64,000 bases of DNA from Camelus dromedarius (lineage: Eukaryota): assembly GCF_036321535.1 (NCBI RefSeq), contig NC_087437.1:62126001-62190000 (forward strand), read 5' to 3'. The position numbers and the translations under genes were made by a program. The notes beneath the pieces were generated by a model. That model was not told the DNA's origin. It made no database searches and saw nothing but the letters and a program-made list of their open reading frames with translations. Positions 51,473 through 64,000 of the stretch are shown one piece after another (position 1 is the stretch's first letter; every line of letters begins with the position of its first letter).

Positions 51473-54400
51473 ACCACCTGAGCTGATCTGAAATGGCCTC
51501 TTCCTATTTCTTCTAAGACACGGCACTATCTCGGCTCTCCTCTTAGGCCTCCTGTCCCCTGATGTGGGCAGGGGGACCAGGGTCTGTCCTCTGCAGTCGG
51601 ACTTTTCTTCGTGCCCTCTTCTTCAGAGAGCCTTCCACCACCACTGATGCTTGGGTGGCTCTCACATGCTTCTCCAGGTTTCTTCAGCTTCACTCCCATA
51701 GCGCCAGCTCCTGTTGGCTCTCTGCCTGGATGTCTGGGCATCACCTTGACAAGCAAAGCTGAACCCAGTTTCTTCCTCCTCTCTTTATTTACCTTCTCCT
51801 TCTTACCCTGCAACAACAACAAAAAACCAATAAGCAAATAATTAGCTTATCTTCTGAATGTCTGTACCATTTGCCCAGACCTGGAAAGCTTCATCTTAAC
51901 TTTTATTTCTCTGTCTAGCTTAAGCCCTCCTATCTTTTTCAACCCCACAGCTCTCACCTTAGATCAGCAGAGGTCATTTCTTATGGGGGCTACTAAGATG
52001 ATTTCCAAATCTAACTTTATCCCTCCAGAATCTTCCCACACATTTCCTAGAGCCAACCAACATCTCCTATATATTGAAGTTAGATTTCTTGTCCTAAAAC
52101 AGTGCTTAGCTTATGCCATTCCCCAGCTTAAGCATCTCCAGTAGCTTTCTGTTGCCTATCAAAACAAAATCCAAGCCCACTTGGTTTTCATTCAGTAAGC
52201 TTCATGGTCTCCCCCTCAGCTGCTCCTCTGGTTGTATCTCCAGCTTTGCACTTCTCAGAACCCTCTTCTTCCCCACAATATATCTACTCACTGGTTTATA
52301 AATACATATGAATGCAACTCTGTTTCTGTTTCTGAAATTCCCTCCACTGTGCTCTGTTTAATCGAAGTTCTCACTCTTGGGTGAAGTAGTTAGGGGAGAA
52401 GGTACATGCAGATGACGTGGTCTGAAATCCAGGAGCCTCTGTGTGGTCGGAGCAGTGTTAGAGGTTCTGAGCCTTGGTTTTCTCATCAGTAAAAATGAAG
52501 ATAAAAGTGATGTTTACGTCTCCAGGTTGCATTCCTGCCCAGTGCAGAGCAGCAGCCAGGTCATGGAGCTCAGCTGGGGTGAGAGGCTGCAGCAGTCTGC
52601 TCAGACCCTCAGGGATGTTCATGCTGGCATTTGAGACTCTGGTTCCTCATTAAAATTTTTAAAATGAAATATTTGAAATATACAGGAAATGATATAGCAG
52701 ACACTTATCTATCCAGCCCCAAATTTCATGGATAGTTTTGCTTCAGATCTCTATTAAAAATAAAAATAAATGAAGCATTATAGGCATAGTTTAAGCCACA
52801 CTTTTATCCACTCCCTCTCCTCCCTGGGGTGACCACTATCCTGAGGCTGATGTTTGTCCTGCCTTTGTGTTTTCGTTTTTCTCCCCCATGTGGATAGCCA
52901 CCATTGATTTCTACTACTGTTTAGTATTTGAAAATTTTACATACGTTTAATCATACTGGATGGATCCTTTCACTTCATCAATATTTGAATGTGGATGAAT
53001 GAATCATTCGGCAGTTTGCTTTTCTCACCCAACATATATTTGAGATTTATCCACGTTATGACATGTGCCATTTCACTCACTCTAATTGCCGCCGGTGTCA
53101 TGGGAAACGGAGACAAGTAAACCATTACTAAGTAGTAGCAAGTACCATGACCGCAGTTTACCCAGGGGACCTGGGGGCTTCCAGGGATCGGGGGAGCTCT
53201 CATCCCAGCCTGAGAGTCAGGAAGGCTTTTCCAGAGGAGATTCCCTCTGAGCTGAGTGTTGGGGAATACAGGATTTAGCCAGAGGAAGAAGAGATGGAGG
53301 TGAATCTTGCAGCAAGGGCGGCTTATACGAGGGTCCAAGAGAGTTGTACATTATTATAGGAGAGCGCCCTGGGTGGGAGGAGCAGGCAGAGCCAGCTCAT
53401 GGAGCCCTCGTCTGCCACGCTAAGGGACTGGGGCTTTATCTTGGGGCCATGGGAAACGTGACCTCAGTGTTCTATTTTAGAGAAATGGCTCTGGGCACAG
53501 TCTGGAGAATCAATGGTGTGAGATAGGGATACAGAATGGAGGCGGGAGCCTGATTTGAGAGGCTGTTAGGGTGATCTGGGGATGATGCAGGGCCTCGGGG
53601 AGGGAGAGACGGACAGACTAAAGAGATGGAGATGGTGAGACAAGATGCAGGAGAAGAAGACAAGGGGATGCCAGGCTGCTGACTGGTGGTGTTGTGCACG
53701 GGGCCTAGAAGGAGTAGGTCGCAGGAACTGGCGTGGAGGAGAGGGTGAGGTCAGCATAAGAATTCGAGCAGGGCCCGCATGAAGGTGCCTGGTCGGCTGC
53801 TAGACGCGGCAGCCCGGGGCTGCGAGGTGTGGGCAGGGCTGGAGATGAAGTCATAGCAGTGTGGGAGCGCATGAAATGGTGGGATGGGCTGAAGTTGTTC
53901 GGCCGATTCTGAAGCCAACAGAGCCAAGTTTGTTAAGATGGAATTTAATTTCACCAGATGAGACATTTTCTACTGTTTGGTACTTAAAAAAAACAAAACA
54001 CTTCTCTCTGACAAAATTTCAAACATACAAAGGGGGCTAAGGATGAATATTCTTTACTCAGGAATAAAGCCCAGACTCTTCAGGTGAGCGTCCCCTGGTC
54101 CACAGAGGGTGTCATGAACACAGAAGTCCTTGGCTGCTCTCTGCAGCTTGTAGCTGGCTTGCACTTGGGATTACTGAGGGGAGGCCTCGGGGTCTTCCTG
54201 GAGAACTTGGTGCCTGGCATCCAGGAGGCGTTCAGTAAATGTCTGTGCAGGAAAGAGCACACTGAGTGCAAGGTGGTGGTGCCACCCAGCAGCCTCGTGT
54301 GCCCCAGCCCAGCAGGTGGAGACTTGCCTGCCGACACCCTCACTCTGGAACATCTGCCTGGCCAGCCCCTTCCTGGGGCCCCCTTCTCCTGAGATGAAGA

Positions 54401-54944
54401 CAGTGGCCCAGCTGCCACCGTGACCCTGCAGAATCATCTTCCCAAACCTTCTTTGCGGGTTCCTCTCCCTCTGTGCGGCGGCACTGCTATAGGGCCTCGT
54501 GGCTGTTCTGGGGAGGCCTGCCTGGAAGGGTCCTGCAGTGCCCAGGATGGCCTCTGTGTGGAGTCATGATTCTGGCTGTTTGTCTTCTGGCCTCTCAGGG
54601 TCAGGGAGCCTTTCCTGGAGGCCTTTCTGGGAGGAAACCTGGACCCCTTCGTGCGGACTGATTTGTGTTGTCCTGGTGTCTGCATTTTCCTTAGGAGGTG
54701 GTCAAGCAGCTGGTGCTGTACACACACCATCCCACGTGACCCTCGTGGATGACCTTGTGGTCTGGGTGATTTTCTCCATCTCACAGATGCAGGAACAGCA
54801 GCCCAGAGAGGTGAAGTAATTTTCAAGAACCCAAGCCTTGATACCCAGCCCCCTTCCTGGCCCAGCAGAGAGGAACAGTGTCTTCTCAGGACAGCTGATG
54901 AGCGCTTTAAACGAGGATCCCAGCCTCTGTCCCTGGGGTTCTCA

Positions 54945-55120
54945 GCCCTGTCTGCACATTAGAAGCTCCAGGGGAGCCTCAGGGAAAAAAGAGAATCGCA
55001 GGCCCCATGCCAGACCAAGCTGATCTGCACCGTGGTAGGGGGTGGGGGGTGGGGGGTGGCGATTGGTTTGTATTTTCTAAGGCTCCAAATGATTCCATGT
55101 GCAGCTAGGGTGGAGAACGC
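54945..55120. mobile_element. MER5-type MITE remnant containing a G-run expansion
   Basis: 'cacattagaagctccaggggagc...gtattttctaaggctccaaatgattccatgtgcagctagggtggagaac'. Confidence 0.55.
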
Positions 55121-55424
55121 CGCTCACGTAGGCTCCACTCTGCATTCTGACTCAAGCTCCGTGGAATAAGAACCAAACGTGACAGGCCAAGCACCTCACT
55201 GCTCAGGCTGGCGGAATCCCGCAGGCAGACCAGGGAACTCACTGCCCTGGGAGTGGGCTTGGGCCAAGGCCTGGGGCTCTTAGCCCCTGCATGGGAGGAC
55301 TTGTTCCTCCTCCTTCTGTGTTTCCCACTTGACCAGCACTCAGCGAAGGGCCATACGTACAGCAAAACCAACTTAGTTGTGTGAACGGATGTATGCGGAG
55401 GTGTAGTCATGAGCACCAACCGTG

Positions 55425-55600
55425 TCAGAGATTTTACGTATATTATTCCACTTTATTCTTGAAACAACCTGGTAATATGGGTGAGATGGTTATTTCCATT
55501 TTACAGATGAGGAAGTGAAAGCCCCAAGAGGTTATACAGCCTTCCTGAGATTACAAAGCCAGTGGCTCAGCCAAAATCTGAGCCCAGAGTTCCAGGCTCC
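55425..55600 (-). mobile_element. MIR SINE
   Basis: 'atttccattttacagatgaggaagtgaaagccccaagaggtta'. Confidence 0.75.
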
Positions 55601-58600
55601 AAAGAGCTCTTCCCTGGTGCAGCTCTTCCTGGGCCTGCACGTACCCTTGGAGGAAGGTGGTGGGATTGCTCTCCTCCAGGAACCCTCTGCTGCTCCCCTT
55701 CTCCTTCAGATCAAGGAGGTCTGGGACCCCATCTGTCTCTGCTGGGCCCTCTCATGCCTGCTCAGAACTGTGAGGTGTCAGAGCTTGATGGACAAGCAGG
55801 AGATGAGATGGAGGCCAGCGAGGCAAGGCCAGGAGCCAGAAGCAGGTACTGCAGTGGCTAAAACATGGTTCCCAAATGCCACCAGGGGCAGTGACAGTAG
55901 AGGAGCTCAGCTGACCAGGACTGAATGCAAGGCAGCCCTGGTGTCAGTCAGGGCTGGGGCTGATCCCTGCATAGCTGGATGCTCACCTCTGGTCCTCAGA
56001 CACCGCCCCTCCTCCTGGAAAGCACAGGGTGAGGCCTCTCTGGGCACCAGAATGCTCAGCCCTCCTCACTGTCAGCCTCAGACAGCCTGACCTTAGTTAG
56101 CATGGGTGGGAATTTCTGCCACTTTCCTATGTGATTCCTTGGGAAGTTGTGTTAATTCAGAAATGAATGAGGACTTCAGGGCCCCTGGTGGGGGCAGCAG
56201 ACCGTCTACTGGAATTTGTGGCCATAAAAGGGATGGGAAGCAATGAGAAGCATTTTAAGCCTCTTTAGATTTCCCCTCCTATGTTCTTTTTCTTTCTCCC
56301 CATCCCTCTTTCTCATTTTCTCCTCTGATCCCCTTCCCTCTTTCCCTCTGCCTCTGTCCATTGCTAGATCCTTGGAATTAGCTGGTATATTCTGGCCCAG
56401 CCTGAAGTCCTTATTACTGGCCTAATCCCTCTCTGTAAAACACAGATTTTGCTATTATGGATAGAAGTTAGTTACCCTCTAGTCAAAGACACTTTCCATT
56501 GCAGACTGGTAATGGCAGGCTTTTGGAGGATCCAAAACTGGGCAGCATTGATGATTTAGTCTTGAAAAGACTCCTAGTCTTATTCACTAGATTGGAGCCT
56601 AACATATATGCCAGTTACCACAGCCAACCTGTCAGTTGGCTGTGACAAGGCATGTTCTTGGGGCCAGAGAGTGGACTTGCATCAGGAGGCCCTAGCTTGT
56701 GCTGAGGGAGGGGTGAAACTCGGGAGATGGGGCTGGGCTGGATGATCTATAGCCCATTCCCCTGCTCAGACCCTCCTGAGGTTTTGTTTGTCAGGACCTT
56801 GTCTCAGGGACTCTGCTGGTGGGATCTGTGCTGGGATTGCAGAGGTGGCATTTCTGGGGGTCCCAGAGGAGTGCAACGTGCCAGGGTCACCCAGAGTGGC
56901 TGTCACAACACGAGGGCCCCTGGAGACAGAGGTTCATCTCAATCCACTTTGTGTCCAAACCCCAGTGCAGGGCTTCATACCTGCGGTGCTCAGTATGTGC
57001 GTTGAGTGAATGAAGGAAGAAAGAATCAGATGGGTTGACTGGATGAGGAGAAGGCGGCGGACCGTAACTGAAGTTGTGGAGAGCCCGGCCCCCTTCATCT
57101 CTTATCTGCAGTCACCCTGGAGACGGATACTCCCCAGGCCTGCCTTCAGAGAGGCGCCGACCTTCCTGTTTTGGCAGCGGTTCGCAGGTATTCTGTCTGC
57201 ACCGGCTGCAGCTGGCGGGAGCAACCACAATGCCTGATGGAGCACCCGGCCCAGGGTGGGTTCAGGTCCAAGTTCAGTCAGACTGTCTTGGGAAGGAGGA
57301 AGGAAGGAAGGGTTGCAGCCGAGAAGAAACTGTGGCTTTGAAAGTTTTCCTCCTGGATTTGTTTGTTTGTTTGTTTGCAGTGAGTGGAGATGCTTACTTA
57401 GCAAGGCATTAAATACTTGACAAATGTGTAGATGAGTTACTGGTGAAACCAAAGTGCAGGTCCGGCCTGCCGCGGGTTGGCAGGGCTAGCTGTGACTCGG
57501 AGTGCCTGTGTGCTGGAGGGACGCTGCAGCCGCTGTGTCCCTTAGAGCCTTTTTCATTTTTATTTTTTAGAAAAGCACATGTGCTTCATATTATGCATAT
57601 CCCTTGAGCATGTGTGTCCAGATGGCTGGGACAGGAGTCTCCTGACCCATTTTTTCCAACTGTGTAGGTTTGAGAGAAAGACCAGGGATCTGGCAATGTT
57701 GGCCAGAAATTCCAGCAGGTCAGCTGGAATCTGGTTGGGGATTTGCTGATGGGAAACCCACATGGGCAGTCAAATGCATGACAGATGAGTCAAAGGGCAA
57801 AGCCAACCTGACCTTGAACATAGTCTGCCTTCGCTCCTGAACCACACACCAAGCAAGAAGGCAAGTTTAGAGGTACCAGAATATGGATTCCTATTTGTTA
57901 CAAAATAGACAATTGTTTCTCTTCAGGCTTTTCCAGCTATAGCGCATAGGATTGCAGTGACCTCATTTTTGACCAATGGCCAATGCATTCAACTGTCTGG
58001 CGGAATAATCTATTAGCTGGGCACCTGCCAGTTGTCTGCAATAGGAACTGATTTAGGCATATGTTTTAAAAAGTGATAACATTGTTACAGGCCCTGCCTA
58101 GACATGGGGATGGAAGCCCAAGCAGGTCAGCACCAGCTCTGAAGTCAGTTTTGGATGATGGGCTGTGTTTTCAGAAGACTCACTGCCCTGTGACTGACCT
58201 CCCTTCCCCCTTGCACTCATTTATGGTATTTAAGGGTAAACCAACATGCACTGAGAGTTCCAGAGCTTGAGAGTGTTGAATCTGGGTGATGTGCCTGATT
58301 CTGTGGGGGCGGGGGGGGAAACAGGCACAGAGAGGTTGAGTGGCTTTGGCTGGGTCACACAGAGTCACAGTTGGAATCCAGTTCTCCCAACTTACAATCC
58401 AGTGCTGTTTGCCCAGGACCTCACTGGGGCCCTGGGGCCCGTGTGTTTGCAGTGAGTCGTTGCTTACACCTGTGTGCTGGCTCCCCTGAGAGGAGGCCCC
58501 TTAATGATGCCGGTTGGTAAAGGAGGCAGGTATGCTGTTTGACAGCCCGCCTGCAAGTTAAGTCTGCCACTTTTAGGGAACCGTGTGTCAATCCTGAGTG

Positions 58601-58827
58601 TGAGAATGCTTAGACAAGTTGCTATAAACACCACCTGCTTCATCCAAACTTACATCTGTAGTAATGGCAGATTAAAAGATGGCGACGGCTGTGAACACCA
58701 GGAGACCATGAACAGAAGGGCTGCCCGCAGCAAGGCCCAGCACTCGTGGACCTTTTGATGGAAATAACTTCTTCTGTAGAGAGATGGTTGCCACACAAAA
58801 TAAGACAAGTGCTTATTTATATGATGG

Positions 58828-59068
58828 TAATAATAATAACTAGTCTTTATTGAGCACTTGATATATGTCAGGCATTGTTTCCTGTGCTTTTACGTGTGTT
58901 CATTCATTTACTTCTTACAACGAGACATAGGTAGGATGATTACTCCCATTTTACAAGTGAGGAAACTGAGGTTGTGAGTGGTAAGTGCCTTGCCTAAGGT
59001 TGCATCACTGGTAGAGTTGACAATCAAACCCAGACAGTCTACTCCAGAGCCCAAACTCTTAGTCACTA
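58828..59068 (-). mobile_element. MIR SINE (near full length)
   Basis: 'tttattgagcacttgatatatgtcaggcattgt...cccattttacaagtgaggaaactgaggtt...cagtctactccagagcccaaactctta'. Confidence 0.85.
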
Positions 59069-60074
59069 CATTTCATGCTTCTTGAGAGTCTAGTGACCCT
59101 AGACTTGGGCCTTAAGCCAGAGACGGGGAGCGTATAGTCCTTAATTTAATATGATCTTCACATCAGTTTTTAAGAGGTGATGTAATTTATGCCTGAAATT
59201 GTGAACATGCAAAGGAGATTCTCAAAGTCTTTATAGAAAGTGTGCCCAAATCTCAAAAATGGAGTTACTATTCCATACAAGTGGACAGTTATGTTTTTCT
59301 CTGTGAAATGAAGTGCAGGGCTTTGCAGAGAAAGAACATGGTGGGGGGAGCTCCCCTAAACAGCAAGGAAAACATTAATGCTTTCAACATTTGCATTAAT
59401 TTCTTAAATTATTTTATTGTAAAACATATCTTGCATACAGAAAAGTGTATAAAACACACGTACTGGTTAAAGAATAGCAAAATGTCATCTAGTCCCCAGG
59501 GTAAGAATCAGAAGATTGCTAGTCCCATAGGAGCTCCCTGTCGTTCCTCCCCAACTGTGTCCCTGTCCTTCCCCACTGGAAGTAATCACTGACTTCAGGT
59601 GCCTGCCTTTATCAAGGTTGTAATGTGTTTCAGGTACTAAATATTTGGAGGGATGCTTTGGGGAGATGAGCTGTTCTTTATTTCTACATCTGAATTCATC
59701 ATTGCCTACCTCTAGCCCTCAGGAGTAGGTTGAAACAGAGCACTTCTGTGGGGTGAAGCAGTAGTCTCAGGAGGGGAGAGCAGCAACTTCATGGTCAAGT
59801 TCATGGTCGAGATGAGCCAAGCGCAGCCAAGACTCTGAGACAGGTTCACTCCAGTGTTCTGACCTCAGGTTAAAAATTAGGAGCTTGGCGATAATGGCCC
59901 TCATCATGTCCTTAGTCTCCTTGCTCCAGTCTGGGCGGTCGGTGTCTACTCCTGTGCATAGCTGTCATCCCAGGGTCTCCATTCATCCTCCTGTATCTCT
60001 CTTCTCTGTTGGATCTCCTGTTTCTGAACCCCATGTCATCCTGGGCTGCTCTCTCATTTCGATGGAAGTCATCT

Positions 60075-61620
60075 AGTAACTTCTTGTGAATGAGCACACG
60101 GGAGACGTATCGTTTGAGATGCTCTGTGCTGGAAAATTCTTTTCCCTATGCTCATACTCGACTGCTGGTTTGGCCAGGTATCAAATTCTAGGTTGGAAAT
60201 CATTTTCTCTAAGATTCCTGATTGCATATCTCTTTGCTTCTAGTGTTGCTGCTGAGTACTCCAAAGTCATTCTGGTTCATAATCCTTTACATGTAACTGT
60301 AGATTAGTAAAAAGTTCTTGTCCCTAGTTTTCTGAAATTTCAAAATGATATGCTGTCATGAGGTTCTAGTTATATTATGCTGGGCACATGGTAGATCCTT
60401 TCTGATAACTTGTTTCTTGTAGTTCTAGGAAATCTTCTTAAATCGTTTCAATGATGATTTATTTTCTCCACTTTCTGTTCTCTCTTTCTGGTACTTCTAC
60501 TATATTTGGATATTGGATTTTCTTATTTTTCTCACCTATTTTTATCTTCCGTTTTTGAGAGGGTCCCTCAGCTTGATCCTCCACACTATCAACTTCCTCA
60601 TTTTGCTACCATATTTTTACTAATCAAGACTTTTTTTTTAGTTTTCTGAATGTTACTTTTTATTGTTTTAATAAAATCTTTTTTGTTATCGTTTCACGGA
60701 TGCAGTACTTTCTCTTAGCACTCAAAAGACTTATTGATATATTAAATATTTTAAAACCTCTGCATAGTTTCTGCTTCCCCAAAGCTCCCTTTTCCTCTTT
60801 GTTTAGGTTTTATCTTTTGTGTTAGAGAAATTTCTCAGATATCTGGTAATTCTTGGCTTTCTGCTCACGATGAAAAGTTGGGGATATAAAGCTAACTGGA
60901 AGCACAAAGTTGAGTCATGTCAGTTTTGAGCTGCATGAGATAGTTTGGGTGGACTAGTTGTTGGGGGCCCTCTCCTCAGTTCATACCTTCCTGTGCTCCT
61001 GGAATTGTTTCACCTTCTCCAGAGAAGACTCTTCCCGTCTGGCTGGAGGATGATTCCGGCTGCCCTTGTTTTGGGAGCTGAGTTGGAGGAAAGGATGGGA
61101 GGTCTCTGCTTTCAGTATTCAGTAAATATAGACTCAGTTTCCCTCAGCTGGGCCTGGCGCATCCCCTCTCCCCATCAAAGCTCTTGACTTATCGTCTCCA
61201 GAGAATAAACCTCCAGACTTCTGCTGGCTGGGGGGCATCAGGTACCCAGTATCACAAGTGACTTCTCAGAGTTCCCACCTTGGTCTTCCTTGTTTCAACC
61301 CACTACCTCTCACTCCCTTGTCCAGACACCTGTACTGCCTGCCCATCCTGAGACCTTTGAGAATTGTGTGGGGTCAATCAGATTGGTTCTCTGCTTTCCC
61401 CTCTGCAGACTTGACTTTCCGTTTTCTCAGGTCTGATCCTAGGACCACCGGACCATCTACTTACTACTTTTAGCTTCCAAAAATTTGTTGCTGTTTTCTT
61501 CATTCTTACGGATTTGATCCTTAAAAAAAAAAAAAAAAAACCTCTTAACTGTTTATGAGACTTGGGGAGAGAACAAAATTAGGTACATGTATTCAGTCTG
61601 CCTCCTTATCCCAGAGGTCT
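60075..61620 (-). mobile_element. HAL1-like element remnant
   Basis: 'aaattctaggttggaaatcattttctc...ttctagtgttgctgctgag', 'ttcctgtgctcctggaattgtttcaccttctccagagaagact' and an end of 'tgtattcagtctgcctccttatcccagaggtct'. Confidence 0.6.
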
Positions 61621-61669
61621 GGTGTTAATATTTTAAAATGACCTACTGACCATGTTTAAAAAACATGTT

Positions 61670-61860
61670 TTTCAAACAACTTTATTGTGGTATAATTTCT
61701 GTACAGTGAACTACACGTATTTCAGATGTACAATTTGATCAGCTTTGATAGATGTATACATCTATCAAACCACCACCACAAACAAGATACCTAACATTTC
61801 CATCCCTCCCCAAGAGGTGCAGATTTCAAACTCCCCACTCACCCCTTTCCACCTCCCCCA
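61670..61860 (-). mobile_element. Short L1 3'-terminal fragment
   Basis: Directly homologous to 42080-42265: 'ctttattgtggt...ctgtacagt...atttcagatgt.caatttgat...tttgatagatgtat...aacatttccatc...agaggt'. Confidence 0.85.
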
Positions 61861-63649
61861 AATTTTTTAATTAGAGAATTTTATTTACTTTTTCCCCTTC
61901 TAAAAATTAGCATTTTTTTTTCATGTATGAAAGAATATTAGTATATCTTTTTGTGAGAGGTCATTGTTCCTCTTGCTCTGGTGAACTGTAAAGTCCTGTA
62001 GTCAAGACTGTAATCACTGTGTGGATTATACCTGAGATTCAAGGACCCACTTGTGAAAACCTGAATGACGGTTTTTAAACAAAAGGTTTCTGAGTTTTTT
62101 GGGAAGTTGCTTGGGATGATACTGTAGGAGAGATATGAAGAAGGTATTTTCTCTTGGTGGATTGCTGCAGTGTGATTTGTGCCCTGGTGTCACAGTAAAT
62201 ACTGGCGAATACTCCTTCTCTCGGGCAGGTGTGACCTTCTGGGCTGCTACTTTATCACAGCAGTCAGATGCTGTGACTTAACACTGCAGACACCCTCCCA
62301 AGTGACTGTGAGAGCTTTCTTCCCCCACGTTTGAGAGATCACAGGCTTTAGAGAAACAAGTTTTAGGTATCACTCTAGGGAAAACTGTGACTCCATGCTT
62401 GAAATATGTGGGAATAGTATCTAAGAAAAAGCTTAAGTTGTCTAAAGTGGATCCTCTTATGGGCATCAGGGCTCTCGAGGATTGAAAACAAGCAGAGAAG
62501 CAGTTTACTTAGAAATGAAACCTTAGGTTGAAATGGGAAGATGCACTTATCCCTGAAAAGATTTTTCACTGTGCGTTTTAAAGTTTTGTCTTGTTAACAT
62601 TCGTTCTGTGACTCCTTCATTGCTGCCACCTTGTCCTTCCTTTCCCTCATTGTCTCTGTTTCTCATTGTCCCCACCCCACCTTTATTTCTCTCTCTCTCC
62701 CACTCTAATCAATTAATCCCAAAACTTCCTGAGTGCCACTGTGTGCAGACCCGATGCTGGAGGTTTAAGATACACACAAGAATGAGGCATCGTCTCTCCC
62801 CTAACCGGATAATTGCCATATGCTGACTAAGTGTTATAAAGGAAAATGTATGAGTTACTGGTGGAGAACAGTGGAAGGACCAGTATATCGGGGTGTCATA
62901 GAGTTCACGTAGAAGGCGATATTTGAGTAGATCTTGGAGGTTATGCAAGAGTTCGCCTGGTGATAAACTGGGGATACTGAGCCCAAGGAAAGGGAACAGT
63001 GTAAGTGGAGACACAGAGGTGAGAAGTGCATGGAAAATTTCAGAAAGTACAGGAAGTTAGGTGTGCTGGAGCTTGGGTGCTGGGGCAGGGTGGGGAAGTG
63101 AGGGCAAGAAGGAAGTAAGGCTCAGGGTCAAGGATGAGTCATGTCCTGAGGTGGGGGCGGTGGAACATGAGGAGGCAGAGGGAAGCTCAGGAAGCGCTCA
63201 GGCGTGGAGTTGCCCCTGTGGATCCCAGGGCTTCCAAGGTCAGCTTGTGCCACGGGCCTTGGTGACAGATGGAACATTAGCTTGTCTCTGTTGAGAGGAC
63301 AGCCAGAGTTGACAGCTCTGTCTCCTTCTGCCTCCTCTGAGGGTCTCCCGCTCCATTCTTGCTGAGAGGGTCGCCTGGTTGGGTGGGGTCTCAGGGGAAA
63401 TCTCTCGGACAGTGGACCCCTCAGGACCAGCCTCTGCGTGGTCACCTTTGGCTCAGGCTCCCATTTCTGTTTCAGAGATTATGTCCAGGAAATGAGAGTC
63501 ATGGAGTATTCGGAGATCTTGGGGCAGACATCAATGCTCATGGCCCACATCCTCGAAAGATGTAAGCGTGGAGGCATTAAGGGTTTCCTTGATTATCCAG
63601 TACAGAGAGGCCAGGGTTATCCCATGGGCCAGGAGGAGCTCTCCAGTTT

Positions 63650-63798
63650 GAACTGTTTTTTAAACAACAGTAATTAATTTTCTGATGGTTCTAAAGGCTA
63701 GAAGTCCAAGATGAAGATTCCAACTGATTTGGCTCCTGATGAGGGACTCTGGCTTGCACACGGCCAGCTTCTCTCTATGTCCCCACATAGCCTTTCCT

Positions 63799-63836
<38 letters not shown>

Positions 63837-64000
63837 ATGCGTACCTGTACATGTGTGGGTGGGTAGGGAGAGAAAGAGGGAGAGAACGAGCGTGTGCACA
63901 CTAGTTCCCTGGTGTCTTCTGCTAAGGCACTAATTCCATCTGATCAGGGCCCCACTCATAACCTCACTTAACCTTATTGACCTCCTTGGAGGCCCCATCT
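63650..64000 (-). mobile_element. MaLR solo LTR (MLT1 family), cut by the window end
   Basis: 'ggttctaaaggctagaagtccaagatgaag...agggactctggcttgca...ttctctctatgtccccacatagcctttcctcagtg...cagggccccactcataacctcacttaacc'. Confidence 0.75.
63801..63834. repeat. Perfect (GT)17 microsatellite
   Basis: Uninterrupted GT repeat inside the MaLR LTR. Confidence 0.95.

Noticed and set aside
54305..54325. CTCF-like motif CCAGCAGGTGGAGAC (similar partial matches near 26062, 35009 and 55879)
   Set aside because: Each deviates at core positions and cannot be supported without PWM scoring or ChIP data.
55860..55900. 'aacatggtt' as the possible start of the next SLC12A8 exon (E-H-G-F)
   Set aside because: No acceptor AG or pyrimidine tract, and the downstream translation does not match the expected HGFIGYS. 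The next exon is presumably beyond the window.
56619..56644. Perfect 10-bp hairpin CACAGCCAAC-ctgtca-GTTGGCTGTG
   Set aside because: About one such stem is expected by chance in 64 kb. It is too short for a pre-miRNA, and the orientation and spacing do not fit an NFI site.
1..64000. CRISPR arrays, operons, rRNA genes or prokaryote-type systems
   Set aside because: The sequence is a spliced mammalian locus; no regularly spaced repeat-spacer array or dense coding region is present.

Overview
Mammalian genomic DNA, most likely a camelid, judged from two camelid-type tRNA-derived (Vic-1-like) SINEs and camelid-type L1 3' ends. The window holds the 5' half of SLC12A8 (cation-chloride cotransporter CCC9) on the + strand. 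It has a CpG-island promoter (~9.9-10.95 kb), a putative non-coding exon 1 (~10089-10133) and four coding exons (11321-11416, 30111-30257, 34686-34877, 41459-41690), all with GT-AG junctions and an open frame. No next exon was found before the window ends. The AT-rich first ~0.8 kb has several AATAAA signals and is probably the end of the ZNF148 3' UTR (synteny inference). The rest is intronic or intergenic and rich in repeats (L1, L2, MIR, HAL1, MaLR/MER21/MLT2 LTRs, hAT and Tigger remnants). I found no convincing novel multi-gene system. The most notable observations are: the ancestral start ATG appears to be ACG; exon 4 is very CpG-rich with A/T-to-G/C amino-acid changes, including a Thr-to-Pro in TM2; a long overlapping -1 frame stays open across exons 1-5; and exon 5 has three competing acceptor AGs. 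Repeat family names and human comparisons come from recalled sequences, not database searches. Old-repeat boundaries are approximate.
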